Origin: a virus
Taxonomy: Duplodnaviria; Caudoviricetes
Virus record (IMG/VR): IMGVR_UViG_2940228231_000002
Span: 1 to 64,000 of that record
Direction: 5' to 3' (one strand)
DNA: 64,000 nt
Shown: positions 1 to 10,274 of the stretch, one piece after another
How positions within the stretch are numbered: the first letter of the stretch is position 1
How the letters are laid out: every line of letters begins with the position of its first letter
Translations under genes and position numbers: made by a program
Notes under the pieces: model-generated
Told to the model about the DNA's origin: nothing
Seen by the model: only the letters and a program-made list of their open reading frames with translations
Database searches by the model: none

Positions 1-396
1 CTACTTCTTCTTTGTCTTTTTCGCCACTGGTTTTTCATCTTCAGTAGTTCTCTGGCTTAATGCTCTCTTAAGCATATTATCCCCGCCCACCGCTAAAGAA
101 ACGCTCTCCAGTGTCTTATTTAATTTATCTTCAATTTTTTCAAGATGCTTTATATACCCCTCAAGAGTACCGCACCTATTCTTCCTGCCCTCAAGTTCGA
201 CTAGCTTGATTAAGCACCGAGATACCGTGTCGCAATTCGCTACAGTAACCTCATATGTGCCGTCATCATTAACATCGACTTCTGACACTGTGCCACCGTC
301 ATCATCCTTTGGCTGTTTGGTTTTAATCTCCCGTAAAAAGTAATTGTATGCATCGCTCTTAATAACATATTTATCGTCCCAAATTTTAATATTCAT
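1..396 (-). CDS. hypothetical phage protein
   Basis: 131-aa ORF, coupled to the upstream gene; no recognisable motif. Confidence 0.6.
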   Translation of the reverse strand: MNIKIWDDKYVIKSDAYNYFLREIKTKQPKDDDGGTVSEVDVNDDGTYEVTVANCDTVSRCLIKLVELEGRKNRCGTLEGYIKHLEKIEDKLNKTLESVSLAVGGDNMLKRALSQRTTEDEKPVAKKTKKK

Positions 397-764
397 TACT
401 CACTATCACCTGCCCATTTTTTCAATACTTCGTTGAAGTTTCCTTTGTTACCTAGTATTTTCTTCATAAAGCAAAGTGCGAGCCCTTTTTCTTTATCAAA
501 TATCTCATCGCCTTGACACTTAACAGTTGTTTTCGTGCCATCTTCCCAGAGTACAATTGTGGCAGGATTATTGAAGACGACCTTTTTTATGACAGGAGTT
601 CTTCCCTCCAAATATCTTCCCATATTCGCCTCGTCTATCAATAACCAACGAGGTTCGGTTGCTAATGTAGGAAGCAATTGAATCATCTCGTCCATTGCGC
701 CGTAAGACCTATATTTTCCATATTCTTTCCCACCGTCTGAATTTGACCATTTCATTTTACACAT
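396..764 (-). CDS. conserved phage hypothetical protein
   Basis: KKVVFNNPATIVLWEDGTKTTVKC...FDKEKGL, a motif I recall from Bacillota phage proteins. Confidence 0.6.
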   Translation of the reverse strand: MCKMKWSNSDGGKEYGKYRSYGAMDEMIQLLPTLATEPRWLLIDEANMGRYLEGRTPVIKKVVFNNPATIVLWEDGTKTTVKCQGDEIFDKEKGLALCFMKKILGNKGNFNEVLKKWAGDSE

Positions 765-779
765 TTATTTTTCCCTTTC

Positions 780-1295
780 TTATTTCCCAGAGCTGCCAAG
801 TTTCCCGTCTCCACGTTCACTTGCCTCTGACTGTATTTCCTCTTTACTTACTTCCATAATATCTACTTTTGGCACTGGCACTAGAATTGCCTGAGCTATG
901 GCCTTATGATATGGGTGCACGATGCACTGCTTACCGCAGATTGCTGCTTCTGTCAAAACATCGCCCTCTAATTTTCCGATTAGCAAATATCCATCACTGT
1001 GGTTTGTAATCGGCACAAGCCATTCGCCACGATACCCGCTATCAATAACGCCCGACCTTTGCCCAATACCTTTTGTTCCTGTACTACCCCTCTCTTTTAA
1101 GATAAATACATAATCACTGTCAAAAGAACTGCATATCCCAGTTGGAATCATTGCCGTCTCTCCTGGCTTTAGTAATATATGTAATTTGTCAAATGCAGGG
1201 TAAATGTCATACCCGCCGTCTTCATCCCTCTTACTCGGAATGACCGCATCTTTGTGTAGTTTTGCAAACTTTACTATCTTTTTTTCTTCTTTCAA
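780..1295 (-). CDS. dut: trimeric dUTPase
   Basis: Motifs GYDI, ERGS, GVIDSGYRGE, IAQ and RGDGKLGSSG. Confidence 0.95.
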   Translation of the reverse strand: MKEEKKIVKFAKLHKDAVIPSKRDEDGGYDIYPAFDKLHILLKPGETAMIPTGICSSFDSDYVFILKERGSTGTKGIGQRSGVIDSGYRGEWLVPITNHSDGYLLIGKLEGDVLTEAAICGKQCIVHPYHKAIAQAILVPVPKVDIMEVSKEEIQSEASERGDGKLGSSGK

Positions 1296-1307
1296 TATAT
1301 CTCCCCC

Positions 1308-1514
1308 TTAGTAATAAGCTATTAATTTATCTATTAAAATCCCTATAATTGCAAATATGTTGTAACAACTTACTCCAATGAATGCTCCCACAAGCGCCCC
1401 ATAGGAGAAAGGTACTTCTGTATCTTTATACTCTTTGAAGATCTTAATCCACAAATAAGCTGTATGGCATGATAATAGAATCGCTAAAATTGGTATCAAT
1501 ATAACTATGCTCAT
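1308..1514 (-). CDS. small membrane protein
   Basis: Two hydrophobic segments; RBS AAGGAG upstream. Confidence 0.6.
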   Translation of the reverse strand: MSIVILIPILAILLSCHTAYLWIKIFKEYKDTEVPFSYGALVGAFIGVSCYNIFAIIGILIDKLIAYY

Positions 1515-1534
1515 TTATTCTTCTCTCCTTTTTA

Positions 1535-1726
1535 CTATTTTTTCATAGAAATTATAAATATAGGAATTGCTATTACTAGAACTGCCAACACTGAAATCCA
1601 TATAGGTGAAAGCACCCAAAACCAGCTCCAGTCAATTTTTCCTAAAAGTTTTAAGACAATGAATACTATGCTCAACACTCCCATGTAGCTTATTCTACCG
1701 TTGTTGCTATTGTTGTTTTTATCCAT
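1535..1726 (-). CDS. small membrane protein (start corrected to MDKNN)
   Basis: LSIVFIVLKLLGKIDWSWFWVLSPIW; RBS GGGAG before ATG at 1726. Confidence 0.65.
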   Translation of the reverse strand: MDKNNNSNNGRISYMGVLSIVFIVLKLLGKIDWSWFWVLSPIWISVLAVLVIAIPIFIISMKK

Positions 1727-1805
1727 TCTTTTAATCTCCCTTCTTAAGTAGCCATTAGGGCTCGTGAGAGCCCTTTCTGGCGATTTCAATCCAACATCGG
1801 AATAA

Positions 1806-1979
1806 CTACTTGTCTTCACCTTCCACTTTCGCAAAGTGAATACCAAACCCGAATCCAAGCCATTGAAATGAGATAAGTAAATTATCATCATCTGCCTCAA
1901 TCACAATCGTAGGTATCACTACATATCTTACGCTGTCATCTTGCAGTGTAACGAACTGCAAGGAATCGTCTCTTCTCAT
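1806..1979 (-). CDS. hypothetical protein (start at MRRDD)
   Basis: RBS GAGGG upstream of ATG 1979; fits operon packing. Confidence 0.5.
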   Translation of the reverse strand: MRRDDSLQFVTLQDDSVRYVVIPTIVIEADDDNLLISFQWLGFGFGIHFAKVEGEDK

Positions 1980-1992
1980 ATTTGTCCCCTCT

Positions 1993-4900
1993 CTAGTCGC
2001 ATTTTGACCAACCACAGTATTTGCAAACGACACAACCACCTTCGTAGCTGATATCCTCATGACACTCTGGACACTCACCTGACGATGCTTCCTCCGACAC
2101 TTTTATTTCATCTTCAAATTCTTCGTATAGCTCAGAGTGGCTACAAGAGTCGCATGTTTCAATGTTGTCATAGGTTTCGGCGACACCCTCTTCAAAATAC
2201 TGTTCGATTTCTGAGTCATCAGTGAATACCATGTCTTGTGCCTTTTCATATAGGTCTTTCAGTGCCCAACCAATTGCCGACGGACATGAAGTTCCTTTTG
2301 ATGTATCACCGACAGTTTTCGCTCTAAGCATATATGTACTGCACGGTCTGATAGATTGTGCTTGATCGAAAATGAATTCCACAGGCACACCCGCTCTTAA
2401 ACACCCAGACATAAGTCTTGAAATAAACTGGCAGTTTCTTTCACAACCTCCGCTGCTTCCAATATTGATAAATGTCTCAAGTGGCTGACCGTTTGACTCG
2501 TCGCAGTATGCTTCAAGATGTAGTGTTCCACATCCAGTGGTCAATTTGCGTTTATATCCAACTAAGTCTTCCATCACATCTAAGATGTCCCCACGTTGTA
2601 GTTTTGCAGGAGAGTTAATCATGTCAGTGCTCTTGTTCTCTTCTTCCGTGTCGCAAGTAGTTAAAATGCCCTCTCTTTTGCAACCAGCTCTGTAGATGGT
2701 GAGTCCTTTAAGTCCTTTTAACCAAGCACTCATATATAAATCTTCAATTTGTTCTACTGTCGTTTCTTTTGGCAGATTGATTGTGGAGCTAATGCTTGCG
2801 TCTATATGTTCCTGCCATGTAGCCTGCATTCCAGTTCTGCCCTCTAAATTAATTTGAGAAGATGTAACAAAATACTCTGGAAGTTGAGGATTTTCTCTGT
2901 CTAAGTTATTTGCAGTAATATATTCTTCTACTATTGGAGTGAAGATTTTATAATGCACGTCCTCTCCATGTAGTGACTCTGTTTTTCTTGTGTAGTAGTT
3001 TTCAAATATAGGCTCGATACCACCACTCACGCCAAGCATTGTTGAGATAGTGCCAGTTGGTGCAATTGTTAACAACTGTGAATTCCTAAGTCCATATTTT
3101 TCAATTTCGTCTAAAACATGCTGTTCTATATAAGGAGCAAGGAATAGATTTTTCGCAAGAAGTTCATTATCACATTTTGGAAAAGCCCCATCTCTCTTTG
3201 CTAATACTAAAGATTGTTGCACTGCACTTCGCTGCATTTCCATCGCAATGTCAAAACACATATTGATTGACTCATTTGACCCATAAGTGACACCGAGTTT
3301 AATCAACATGTCAGCCAGTCCAAATATCCCAAGTCCAATTTGTCTCCAATCATGTGCACTCTGCCCCTGAGCTTCTAACGGGTGGCGTGCTATACCCTCA
3401 TCAAGCACTTCGTTTAATGCATTAACCCCTACGGAAACCGCATATCTAAAACCATCAAAGTCAAACTCTGCTTGCTCAGTAAACGGATTTTCCACGAATT
3501 CTGAAAGGTTGATACTACCAAGCAGGCAAGCACCATTCGCAATCAATGGCTCTTCAGCACAATTATGAACCACCATGCCCTCAACAATTCCCCAGTGTCT
3601 TTCTGGTTCAGTGAAATCATACACTTTCGTTTTTCCCTTTTGAGTAATATTGGTCACCAAAGGTGCCTTTCTTAAAAGCAACTGAGAAAGTTGTTCTCTT
3701 TTGTATTGCTGATAAAATCCAATCTGAGATAAAAATTTAGTTAGATTCTTAACAGTCCCAATGTTGATATCATAACTCTCTTTACATTGATATTTCCCAT
3801 TATCAAATTCTACTTGTTTGGATTTATTTGTTGTTATGTAGCTGTCTATACGGAAATCATTTAATAGCGTGGATTTAAGCTCTTCTGCGAACTGTCTACA
3901 TGTCGTCTTATATGAAACTCTTCCTTTTTTTATTACGCATCCATTTGCTGAGTAACATCCCTGTAAAAAAGACGCTTTTTCTTTGATGTTCCATTGTGAA
4001 TATGTCGATGGAAAACATCTTTCTGGTAGAGTGTTTTCTGAAAATCCCAAAGCTTTCATTTTTTCAAAATATCCATGAACATTAATAACCCTATCAGATT
4101 GAACAGTAAAATCATTATCTGCGAAAAGTGATCTTATGTCGTTATCTTTATTGCCAACATTTACTTCAATTCTTTTGTGTGTAGTGCTACGCAGTCTAGA
4201 TAAATTCCCATCTCCTTGCATAAACCCAAGCTTAACAAATTCTTTATCAATATCCTCATTGATAATATGACATGGCATAATTCTCTTGCCTTTTAAATCC
4301 TTTGCAGCACACTCATTTCCATCTACAGTCATAAAAATATGGTCAGGCGTACATATGATACTATTGTTGCTTAATTTCACTTCTATAACTTCTTTTTCTC
4401 CACTGCACCATACCTTGCTCTTTACTTTATTTCCATTGACATTATAGATGTATGGATCAGTATCGCACAACGATTCAAATGTCTTATATCCATCTACTGT
4501 CAGTAACTCCATATCTCCGCTAAAACACGGATTCACCCCTGCATATGAAAAATCTTCTCTATTGCTCATCATGTGTGCATCTTCAATTCGATCCCAGAAT
4601 AAAACTCCTGGCTCTGCGTAATCATAATTCGCTTCGCAAATTTTTCTAAATATATCTTTTGCTCTTACTTCTTTTTCAATTTTTTCACCAGTAGATTCAA
4701 CTTTGAATTCCAGTTTATACATAAGATCATTATTAACAGCTGCCATAAATTCATCTGTTATTCTAATTGATATATTTGCCTTAGTGACTTTATCTAAGTC
4801 GGATTTAACACTAATGAACTCCTCAATGTCTGGGTGATTGCATGGAATTGAAATCATTAAGGCCCCACGTCTTCCGTTTTGACTTATCGTATCTGTTACG

Positions 4901-5322
4901 TTTGAGTACATGTCCATAAAAGATACTGCTCCCGTGGATTTCTCGGCAGCATTATGCACTTCTGAACTCCTCGGTCTTAGTTTTCCAATATCTACACCAC
5001 ATCCACCACCGTAACTAAATGTCCGTGCAAGCTGTTTAGCACATTCAAATATTGATTCTATATTATCTTCTGGTGGCTCCATTACATAGCAATTAGATAG
5101 CGAAACTTTTCTATTGTGGTCATACAATCCCCTGTTTGATAATATTCTTCCACCAAATAAGAATTTCTTATCTACAATCAATTGCTTGACTAAATCATTT
5201 CCACCAGAAATTCTGTCAAGCCACTGCTCAAAGTTCTCTCCGTTTTGTCGGTATTTTTTATTCCAAATATCAATACCAATTTTATTGTTTTCCCCTAGCC
5301 AATCTCTTTCTGTTATTCCCAT
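1993..5322 (-). CDS. nrdJ: class II (adenosylcobalamin-dependent) ribonucleotide reductase with intein
   Basis: FLFGGRIL, SLSNCY, RRGALM, NPC..E split by an intein, ACLLGSINL, TIAPTGT, C-terminal CxxC zinc ribbon; no beta subunit in the window. Confidence 0.9.
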   Translation of the reverse strand: MGITERDWLGENNKIGIDIWNKKYRQNGENFEQWLDRISGGNDLVKQLIVDKKFLFGGRILSNRGLYDHNRKVSLSNCYVMEPPEDNIESIFECAKQLARTFSYGGGCGVDIGKLRPRSSEVHNAAEKSTGAVSFMDMYSNVTDTISQNGRRGALMISIPCNHPDIEEFISVKSDLDKVTKANISIRITDEFMAAVNNDLMYKLEFKVESTGEKIEKEVRAKDIFRKICEANYDYAEPGVLFWDRIEDAHMMSNREDFSYAGVNPCFSGDMELLTVDGYKTFESLCDTDPYIYNVNGNKVKSKVWCSGEKEVIEVKLSNNSIICTPDHIFMTVDGNECAAKDLKGKRIMPCHIINEDIDKEFVKLGFMQGDGNLSRLRSTTHKRIEVNVGNKDNDIRSLFADNDFTVQSDRVINVHGYFEKMKALGFSENTLPERCFPSTYSQWNIKEKASFLQGCYSANGCVIKKGRVSYKTTCRQFAEELKSTLLNDFRIDSYITTNKSKQVEFDNGKYQCKESYDINIGTVKNLTKFLSQIGFYQQYKREQLSQLLLRKAPLVTNITQKGKTKVYDFTEPERHWGIVEGMVVHNCAEEPLIANGACLLGSINLSEFVENPFTEQAEFDFDGFRYAVSVGVNALNEVLDEGIARHPLEAQGQSAHDWRQIGLGIFGLADMLIKLGVTYGSNESINMCFDIAMEMQRSAVQQSLVLAKRDGAFPKCDNELLAKNLFLAPYIEQHVLDEIEKYGLRNSQLLTIAPTGTISTMLGVSGGIEPIFENYYTRKTESLHGEDVHYKIFTPIVEEYITANNLDRENPQLPEYFVTSSQINLEGRTGMQATWQEHIDASISSTINLPKETTVEQIEDLYMSAWLKGLKGLTIYRAGCKREGILTTCDTEEENKSTDMINSPAKLQRGDILDVMEDLVGYKRKLTTGCGTLHLEAYCDESNGQPLETFINIGSSGGCERNCQFISRLMSGCLRAGVPVEFIFDQAQSIRPCSTYMLRAKTVGDTSKGTSCPSAIGWALKDLYEKAQDMVFTDDSEIEQYFEEGVAETYDNIETCDSCSHSELYEEFEDEIKVSEEASSGECPECHEDISYEGGCVVCKYCGWSKCD
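3562..4527 (-). mobile_element. intein (322 aa) with LAGLIDADG homing endonuclease domain
   Basis: Starts CFSGD after GVNP and ends VVHN before the catalytic CAEE; TPDH block B; LGFMQGDG and FLQGCYSANG LAGLIDADG-like blocks. Confidence 0.93.
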
Positions 5323-5341
5323 TCTTTCTCCCTTCTCATTC

Positions 5342-6154
5342 TTAAGAATTAACTTCCTCTTTGAAATGCTTTTTCATAATTTCCACAATCACTTGGTTGA
5401 ATATTTCATCAAGCTCATGGTCTACACGCAATTCATTCTCTTTCATATATTTTGTTTTTGTCGCATAAATTCTGTCGGATAATTCCTGACTCTTCTGCAC
5501 TGCCTCTTCAAGTGTTAATTCTTGATTGCGCTTCACCTTTTTAATAAAATTCCCAATATCCGACTTGAGACATTCTTCATACGAAACTTCTGCGATCCAC
5601 TTGTTCATAAATTCTTCTAGTCTGTAGATATGACTAATTTGTTTGCCATCATATCCGTATTTTTCAATTTTATCTGCAATAGATGGATATGGGTGACACA
5701 GTGCTTTGTTCTTTTCCATTGCCATTCCAGCGATACAATTTAGTGTTGCGTAATTGTTATAATGCCCAATCCTCTCCCTGTTTTCTAATAACTTATTGAA
5801 CGCACTTGCGTATTTTGGATTTATCACGAAATACTCAGTGAACAATATTTCCACAAAATTCACGTTTTGTTTTTTGAAACACTCGACATATAGACGTAAA
5901 TCTTTTATATCAATGTGTTCATCATTGTCGGTAATATGCGTATACGACACTGGCTTTTTATTTAGGCAAAAGTCGTTAAACGACGGAATTACCAAGCATT
6001 TAGTATCTACATCTGATTCTTCATCACTAACTCCATCACCATAATTCCAACTTCCTTGAAGAAAAGTCCCAACTACTTCGTGCCCAAGCTCTTGAGCGAT
6101 TAGATGATGATCCATGACTCTATCCATGACTCCTTCTTTTGTTTTGTATCCCAT
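5342..6154 (-). CDS. Pol-beta superfamily nucleotidyltransferase
   Basis: GSWNYG...SDVD (hGS...DxD) motif. Confidence 0.7.
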   Translation of the reverse strand: MGYKTKEGVMDRVMDHHLIAQELGHEVVGTFLQGSWNYGDGVSDEESDVDTKCLVIPSFNDFCLNKKPVSYTHITDNDEHIDIKDLRLYVECFKKQNVNFVEILFTEYFVINPKYASAFNKLLENRERIGHYNNYATLNCIAGMAMEKNKALCHPYPSIADKIEKYGYDGKQISHIYRLEEFMNKWIAEVSYEECLKSDIGNFIKKVKRNQELTLEEAVQKSQELSDRIYATKTKYMKENELRVDHELDEIFNQVIVEIMKKHFKEEVNS

Positions 6155-6163
6155 ATCTCCCCC

Positions 6164-6727
6164 TTATACTATTAGTTTTTCTATTTTATCTACAGCAGAA
6201 CTTAGCGAGTCACATCTCTCAATTCCGTACTGACTGTTATTAAAATCTCTATTGTATAGATGATCAATCAATATGCCTTTGCACGTCTTTTTGTTTTCCA
6301 AGTGCACTAAGTTTTTGTGATAGTCATCAATAATAAAATCAACATCTAACATATCTTTTCTATGTATCAATACAATCTGCCTACTATCTAAATTCGGAAG
6401 TAGTTCCAGTAAGCGATTAATCTTATGAAGTGCGTTTTCCGTAGCTGTAGCGGTTGCGATTACCAAATCTACTTTAGGATTGTCTAGCAGTCTATTTACA
6501 GCCTCTTCAGAGTCCTCATATAAATCGACACACTCCCAGAAAGACGGCATCTCTAATATGTAATACAACAGTTCTTCGTGCCTTCCCTCAATATAGTCGG
6601 CAATATTATATGTTTTAATATCTTCTTCTTTTAGACTGTCTCCAGAAACCTTGTTGTAATGCTCAATCCATGGGGTTGTCAGATTCCATATCGTATTGTC
6701 TAAATCAATTGCCACTTTATACATCAT
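6164..6727 (-). CDS. HAD-family 5'(3')-deoxyribonucleotidase
   Basis: IDLDNT motif I, K...IIDD motif, YNR near C-terminus. Confidence 0.85.
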   Translation of the reverse strand: MMYKVAIDLDNTIWNLTTPWIEHYNKVSGDSLKEEDIKTYNIADYIEGRHEELLYYILEMPSFWECVDLYEDSEEAVNRLLDNPKVDLVIATATATENALHKINRLLELLPNLDSRQIVLIHRKDMLDVDFIIDDYHKNLVHLENKKTCKGILIDHLYNRDFNNSQYGIERCDSLSSAVDKIEKLIV

Positions 6728-7290
6728 TGCATCACCTCTCTTTGTTTTTTATCTTCTAAGATTTTTAACGCAACATACTCCAGAGTCACAGACTCATCAA
6801 TATCAATACATAGTGCGTCTAAATCTATTTTTCTTAATCTCTTTCTCATATTTCTAAATGCCTTTTGGTCGTGCTTAAACCGTCTCCATGTGCTTTCTGG
6901 ATTGTCACCTCTCTTGGTCATGTTAATAATTGAATCTCTGTCTGATATGTCTAGCATCACAATGACTGGTTCTCTTTCTCCCTTATAGTGTTTTAGAAAA
7001 TAATCAACTCCTGCGGGATCGATAATGTAGATATCAGATTCATCTACTTGTTTAGTTGAGGCACAATACTCGTGGCCATCAAACATTGTATATGCACATT
7101 TATCTTCAATCTTGTCAAATTCCTCTTTAGTGCAGAATACATGACCTGTTTCTCCCTTATATCTTGGCAATCTTGTTGTGTAGGAATCTAAAGCTTTCCA
7201 TCCATATGTATTAACCAGAATATCTGTTACTGTGGTTTTTCCAGAGCCAGACACCCCTACTATTAAATAAATAAATTTCTTTTCTCCCAT
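6724..7290 (-). CDS. guanylate kinase-like P-loop kinase
   Basis: GVSGSGKT Walker A; SYTTRLPR. Confidence 0.85.
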   Translation of the reverse strand: MGEKKFIYLIVGVSGSGKTTVTDILVNTYGWKALDSYTTRLPRYKGETGHVFCTKEEFDKIEDKCAYTMFDGHEYCASTKQVDESDIYIIDPAGVDYFLKHYKGEREPVIVMLDISDRDSIINMTKRGDNPESTWRRFKHDQKAFRNMRKRLRKIDLDALCIDIDESVTLEYVALKILEDKKQREVMQ

Positions 7291-7306
7291 TTAATCCCCT
7301 TTCTTT

Positions 7307-8728
7307 CTATATGTTAATTTTCGTATCTTGGTTTACACAGATTACTCTGCTTGCCCTATTTGCTTTAGATAGTGCCGTTTTTAATTCTTCGGCAAATTGT
7401 ATTTTCGACTTTGCCTCTGAATGTACTAGTGCGATTTTGTTATATTTCACTTCTGTGTAATAATCCAGTAGCTCATCATGGTCTGCATGAGACGAGAACG
7501 AGTTTAATATAGATACTTGTGCATTATTTTTAGTTGGCTTCCCATCTATTTTTACTTGTTTATTATCTTTCTGGTTTTTAATCTGAGAGGCTAAACTTCT
7601 CTCGCTTGTGAAACCGCAAAAGACAATATGATTTTTATGATGTGGCAATAATGCATGTGCCCATCCTACTGCCCTGCCTGCCGTCAACATTCCACCAGAG
7701 CTTAGTACTATCATTGCCCCGTCAATTTGTTGCCATGCGACAGACTCTTTATATGTGTCTGGCTTTTGAATGTTTTTCCAGTTCCAAACTTTGTGCCAAT
7801 ATTCCACATCTTTTTCTATGGTCGTTTCCCATGCGTCAGCTATGCTCGTGCCCAGTGGTGTGTCTACAATGATTGGGATTTTTAAATCAGAATCATGATA
7901 GGTGTCATACAACACGCTCAACACTTCCTCTAGCCTATTAAGGCTGAACACTGGAATAAGTATCTTGCTCTTATCATGTAAACATCTGGTTACTATGGCT
8001 TGAATCTTATCTATGTCTTTATTTCTATCTTTTTTCTTATGTGTCCGTAGGTTTGTGGCATATGTGCACTCACCTATCAGTAGGTCAACTTGGTCGATTG
8101 GTTCAAATTGCTCAATAAATGGTTTTTCAAACCTTGGCGAACCAATGTCTCCTGTATAGCCAACTTTTTTAATCGCAGTGCCATCATTAATCTCCAACAT
8201 TATTTGTGTGGCATTAATAATATGATTTGCTGAAATCAACTTAAATTTAATGTCCTCATTGACCTTGTGCTTGGAATTGACGGTTACTTCTTTTACATAT
8301 TTCATCATAGTGTCCACATCATGTTTGCTGTAGATCGGGTGCATAGATACGTTATTTCGTTTGTTATATCGTTCGCAATCTCGTTCCATAATATTTACAC
8401 TGTCCATTAACATAATTCTCAAAAGCCTCTTGCTCTTTTTTGAAATGAAAATTGGTGCGGTGCAGCCGTCTCTATATAGAGATGGCAACAATCCAATATG
8501 ATCAGCATGAATGTGGCTGACAAATATGTAGTCAATATCCTTCGGTTTTATATCCTTGTGCCTTGCCTTGTTTATCTTGTAGTCTTCTATGGGGTCATTA
8601 GTTTGATACATTCCATAGTCTAATAAAATCGTATAATCTTTGAAGCGAATCAAATGGCAGCTCCCCGTCACATCATGTGAAGAGTGCCCAATCGCTTTGT
8701 AATATGCGTGTTTTAATTCTCTAGCCAT
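7307..8728 (-). CDS. metallo-beta-lactamase/beta-CASP nuclease
   Basis: VTGSCH, SHIHADH, YTGD, ECTY, SGGMLTAGR, FSSHAD, LVH. Confidence 0.9.
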   Translation of the reverse strand: MARELKHAYYKAIGHSSHDVTGSCHLIRFKDYTILLDYGMYQTNDPIEDYKINKARHKDIKPKDIDYIFVSHIHADHIGLLPSLYRDGCTAPIFISKKSKRLLRIMLMDSVNIMERDCERYNKRNNVSMHPIYSKHDVDTMMKYVKEVTVNSKHKVNEDIKFKLISANHIINATQIMLEINDGTAIKKVGYTGDIGSPRFEKPFIEQFEPIDQVDLLIGECTYATNLRTHKKKDRNKDIDKIQAIVTRCLHDKSKILIPVFSLNRLEEVLSVLYDTYHDSDLKIPIIVDTPLGTSIADAWETTIEKDVEYWHKVWNWKNIQKPDTYKESVAWQQIDGAMIVLSSGGMLTAGRAVGWAHALLPHHKNHIVFCGFTSERSLASQIKNQKDNKQVKIDGKPTKNNAQVSILNSFSSHADHDELLDYYTEVKYNKIALVHSEAKSKIQFAEELKTALSKANRASRVICVNQDTKINI

Positions 8729-9391
8729 TTATTGTTCTTCCTCTCTGTCGTACAGGAATAATTCTTTGAAGTGTGGAAGATTTTCTGCCCACCTGCAAAA
8801 GAACTCCCATTCAGACAATTTGTGGTTTTTTCTTTGGTTATACATATTCCATACATTCTCATAGTTCATTGTTATGGTTCTAGTTTGAAGCCAAGATTCT
8901 GGCAATAACCTGATCAACTCCTTCCAATATCTCTTGTCTTTAGTCTCTATGTAACTTTTTCTCAAAGATTCTAAAACCTCAATCAGTGTTGTCATAAAAG
9001 ATTGTATCTCGACTTTGCAATAAGTTTCGCCCGCATAAACGAGATAGTCTACCAGAATATCTCCTGAAAAATCCTCAGTTTCAAAACAATCAATCGTAAT
9101 TGGTTTGCTTGTGATTTTATGCATGGTGCTTGTGCTATTTGCAGTTGTCCCGACTTTATAGGTGTCAAACTCTTTCCACCAGTAGAGTGGTGCCTCGATG
9201 TCTACACTAATCATTATTTGTCTGAGGAATTTTCTATGCTCACTCCCCGCTCTTATCAGTCGCCTACAGAGGCTCAAATCATTCTCACCCAAACAATCTG
9301 TCGTGTCGCTCCTATCCCAGCTCTCCATAGGGTTTCTCATGCCTCTGACGGCACCTGTAAGGTTAAACACCTCTGTTTTGTCAATTCTCAT
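8729..9391 (-). CDS. ThyX-like flavin-dependent thymidylate synthase (divergent phage type)
   Basis: HRKFLRQI...APLYWWKEFDTYK...STSTMH...LLPESW...NY...RKNHKL pattern; nucleotide-metabolism context. Confidence 0.65.
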   Translation of the reverse strand: MRIDKTEVFNLTGAVRGMRNPMESWDRSDTTDCLGENDLSLCRRLIRAGSEHRKFLRQIMISVDIEAPLYWWKEFDTYKVGTTANSTSTMHKITSKPITIDCFETEDFSGDILVDYLVYAGETYCKVEIQSFMTTLIEVLESLRKSYIETKDKRYWKELIRLLPESWLQTRTITMNYENVWNMYNQRKNHKLSEWEFFCRWAENLPHFKELFLYDREEEQ

Positions 9392-9400
9392 TCGCTCTCC

Positions 9401-9640
9401 TTATTTGTCTTTATTCTTTTCTAGTTCTAACTCCAATTCATCAATAGCTTCTTTTAGTGTTTTTATTTTTATCTCTATCTCTCCTTTGTCGCCAACTAAC
9501 TCCACTTTTCCATGCGGCCAGATTGGCAAGACTGCCACATTAAGCCCCAAGAGTTGTTGTATTGTTCTACAATAATCCGTAAGAACTTCAAACCCCACTT
9601 CTTGCTCTGGGTCACTAATAACTAATAGTTGTTTTAACAT
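9401..9640 (-). CDS. hypothetical protein
   Basis: 79-aa ORF, coupled to its neighbour. Confidence 0.55.
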   Translation of the reverse strand: MLKQLLVISDPEQEVGFEVLTDYCRTIQQLLGLNVAVLPIWPHGKVELVGDKGEIEIKIKTLKEAIDELELELEKNKDK

Positions 9641-10260
9641 TATTCAATCTCCTCTATTCTTATAATATTTCCTTTGAAGATATCGCCAGGGGTGTAGTTT
9701 ACGTCGCCCATAGTTTTTACTATGCTGGGCAACATATCATCCTGAACGATAAACTCAACAATATTCAACCTACTACCTACATCTATAAATCTATTTGAGG
9801 AATCGGTATGTATGTTTGCTTTTTGGTCTGCTAAAATTCCAAGAAACTCAACTCCTGTGTCGAGTGTAATTTTAAACTTACTGCCCAAAGCTGAGCTGAA
9901 GCCAGAGCCAAGTGCAATGCAGTAATAATCACCGATTTTTCTCATTCCATTTTCGTCTGTATATGCCCCTAGTTGCATGGCCCATTGCTTGCTGCTAGTG
10001 TCTGTTATGCACCTGTAATCCATATAGGCTTTGAAATAATTATCCTTATGAAACGGAACAGAATGTTGTATATATTTTGTAATAACTGCATCGCCTTTAT
10101 CTATAACTAATTTTTCTCTCACATAATCTCTATCTTCTTCATTGTTCCCGCCTAATAATATAGGCAGGACACTATCTTCATCACTATTCACCACTAAAAA
10201 AGGCATCAACGAAGATGCCAAAATTAGTAGTAAGATTATAATTATTGCTCTTAATCTAAT
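9640..10260 (-). CDS. secreted/membrane-anchored protein, possibly a cell-wall hydrolase-like fold; probable ATT start
   Basis: In-frame extension IRLRAIIIILLLILASS gives a signal peptide; GGGGG RBS 8 nt before ATT at 10260; YMDYRCIT...IALGS...ADQK core. Confidence 0.55.
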   Translation of the reverse strand: MRLRAIIIILLLILASSLMPFLVVNSDEDSVLPILLGGNNEEDRDYVREKLVIDKGDAVITKYIQHSVPFHKDNYFKAYMDYRCITDTSSKQWAMQLGAYTDENGMRKIGDYYCIALGSGFSSALGSKFKITLDTGVEFLGILADQKANIHTDSSNRFIDVGSRLNIVEFIVQDDMLPSIVKTMGDVNYTPGDIFKGNIIRIEEIE

Positions 10261-10274
10261 ATCATTGTCCCCCT

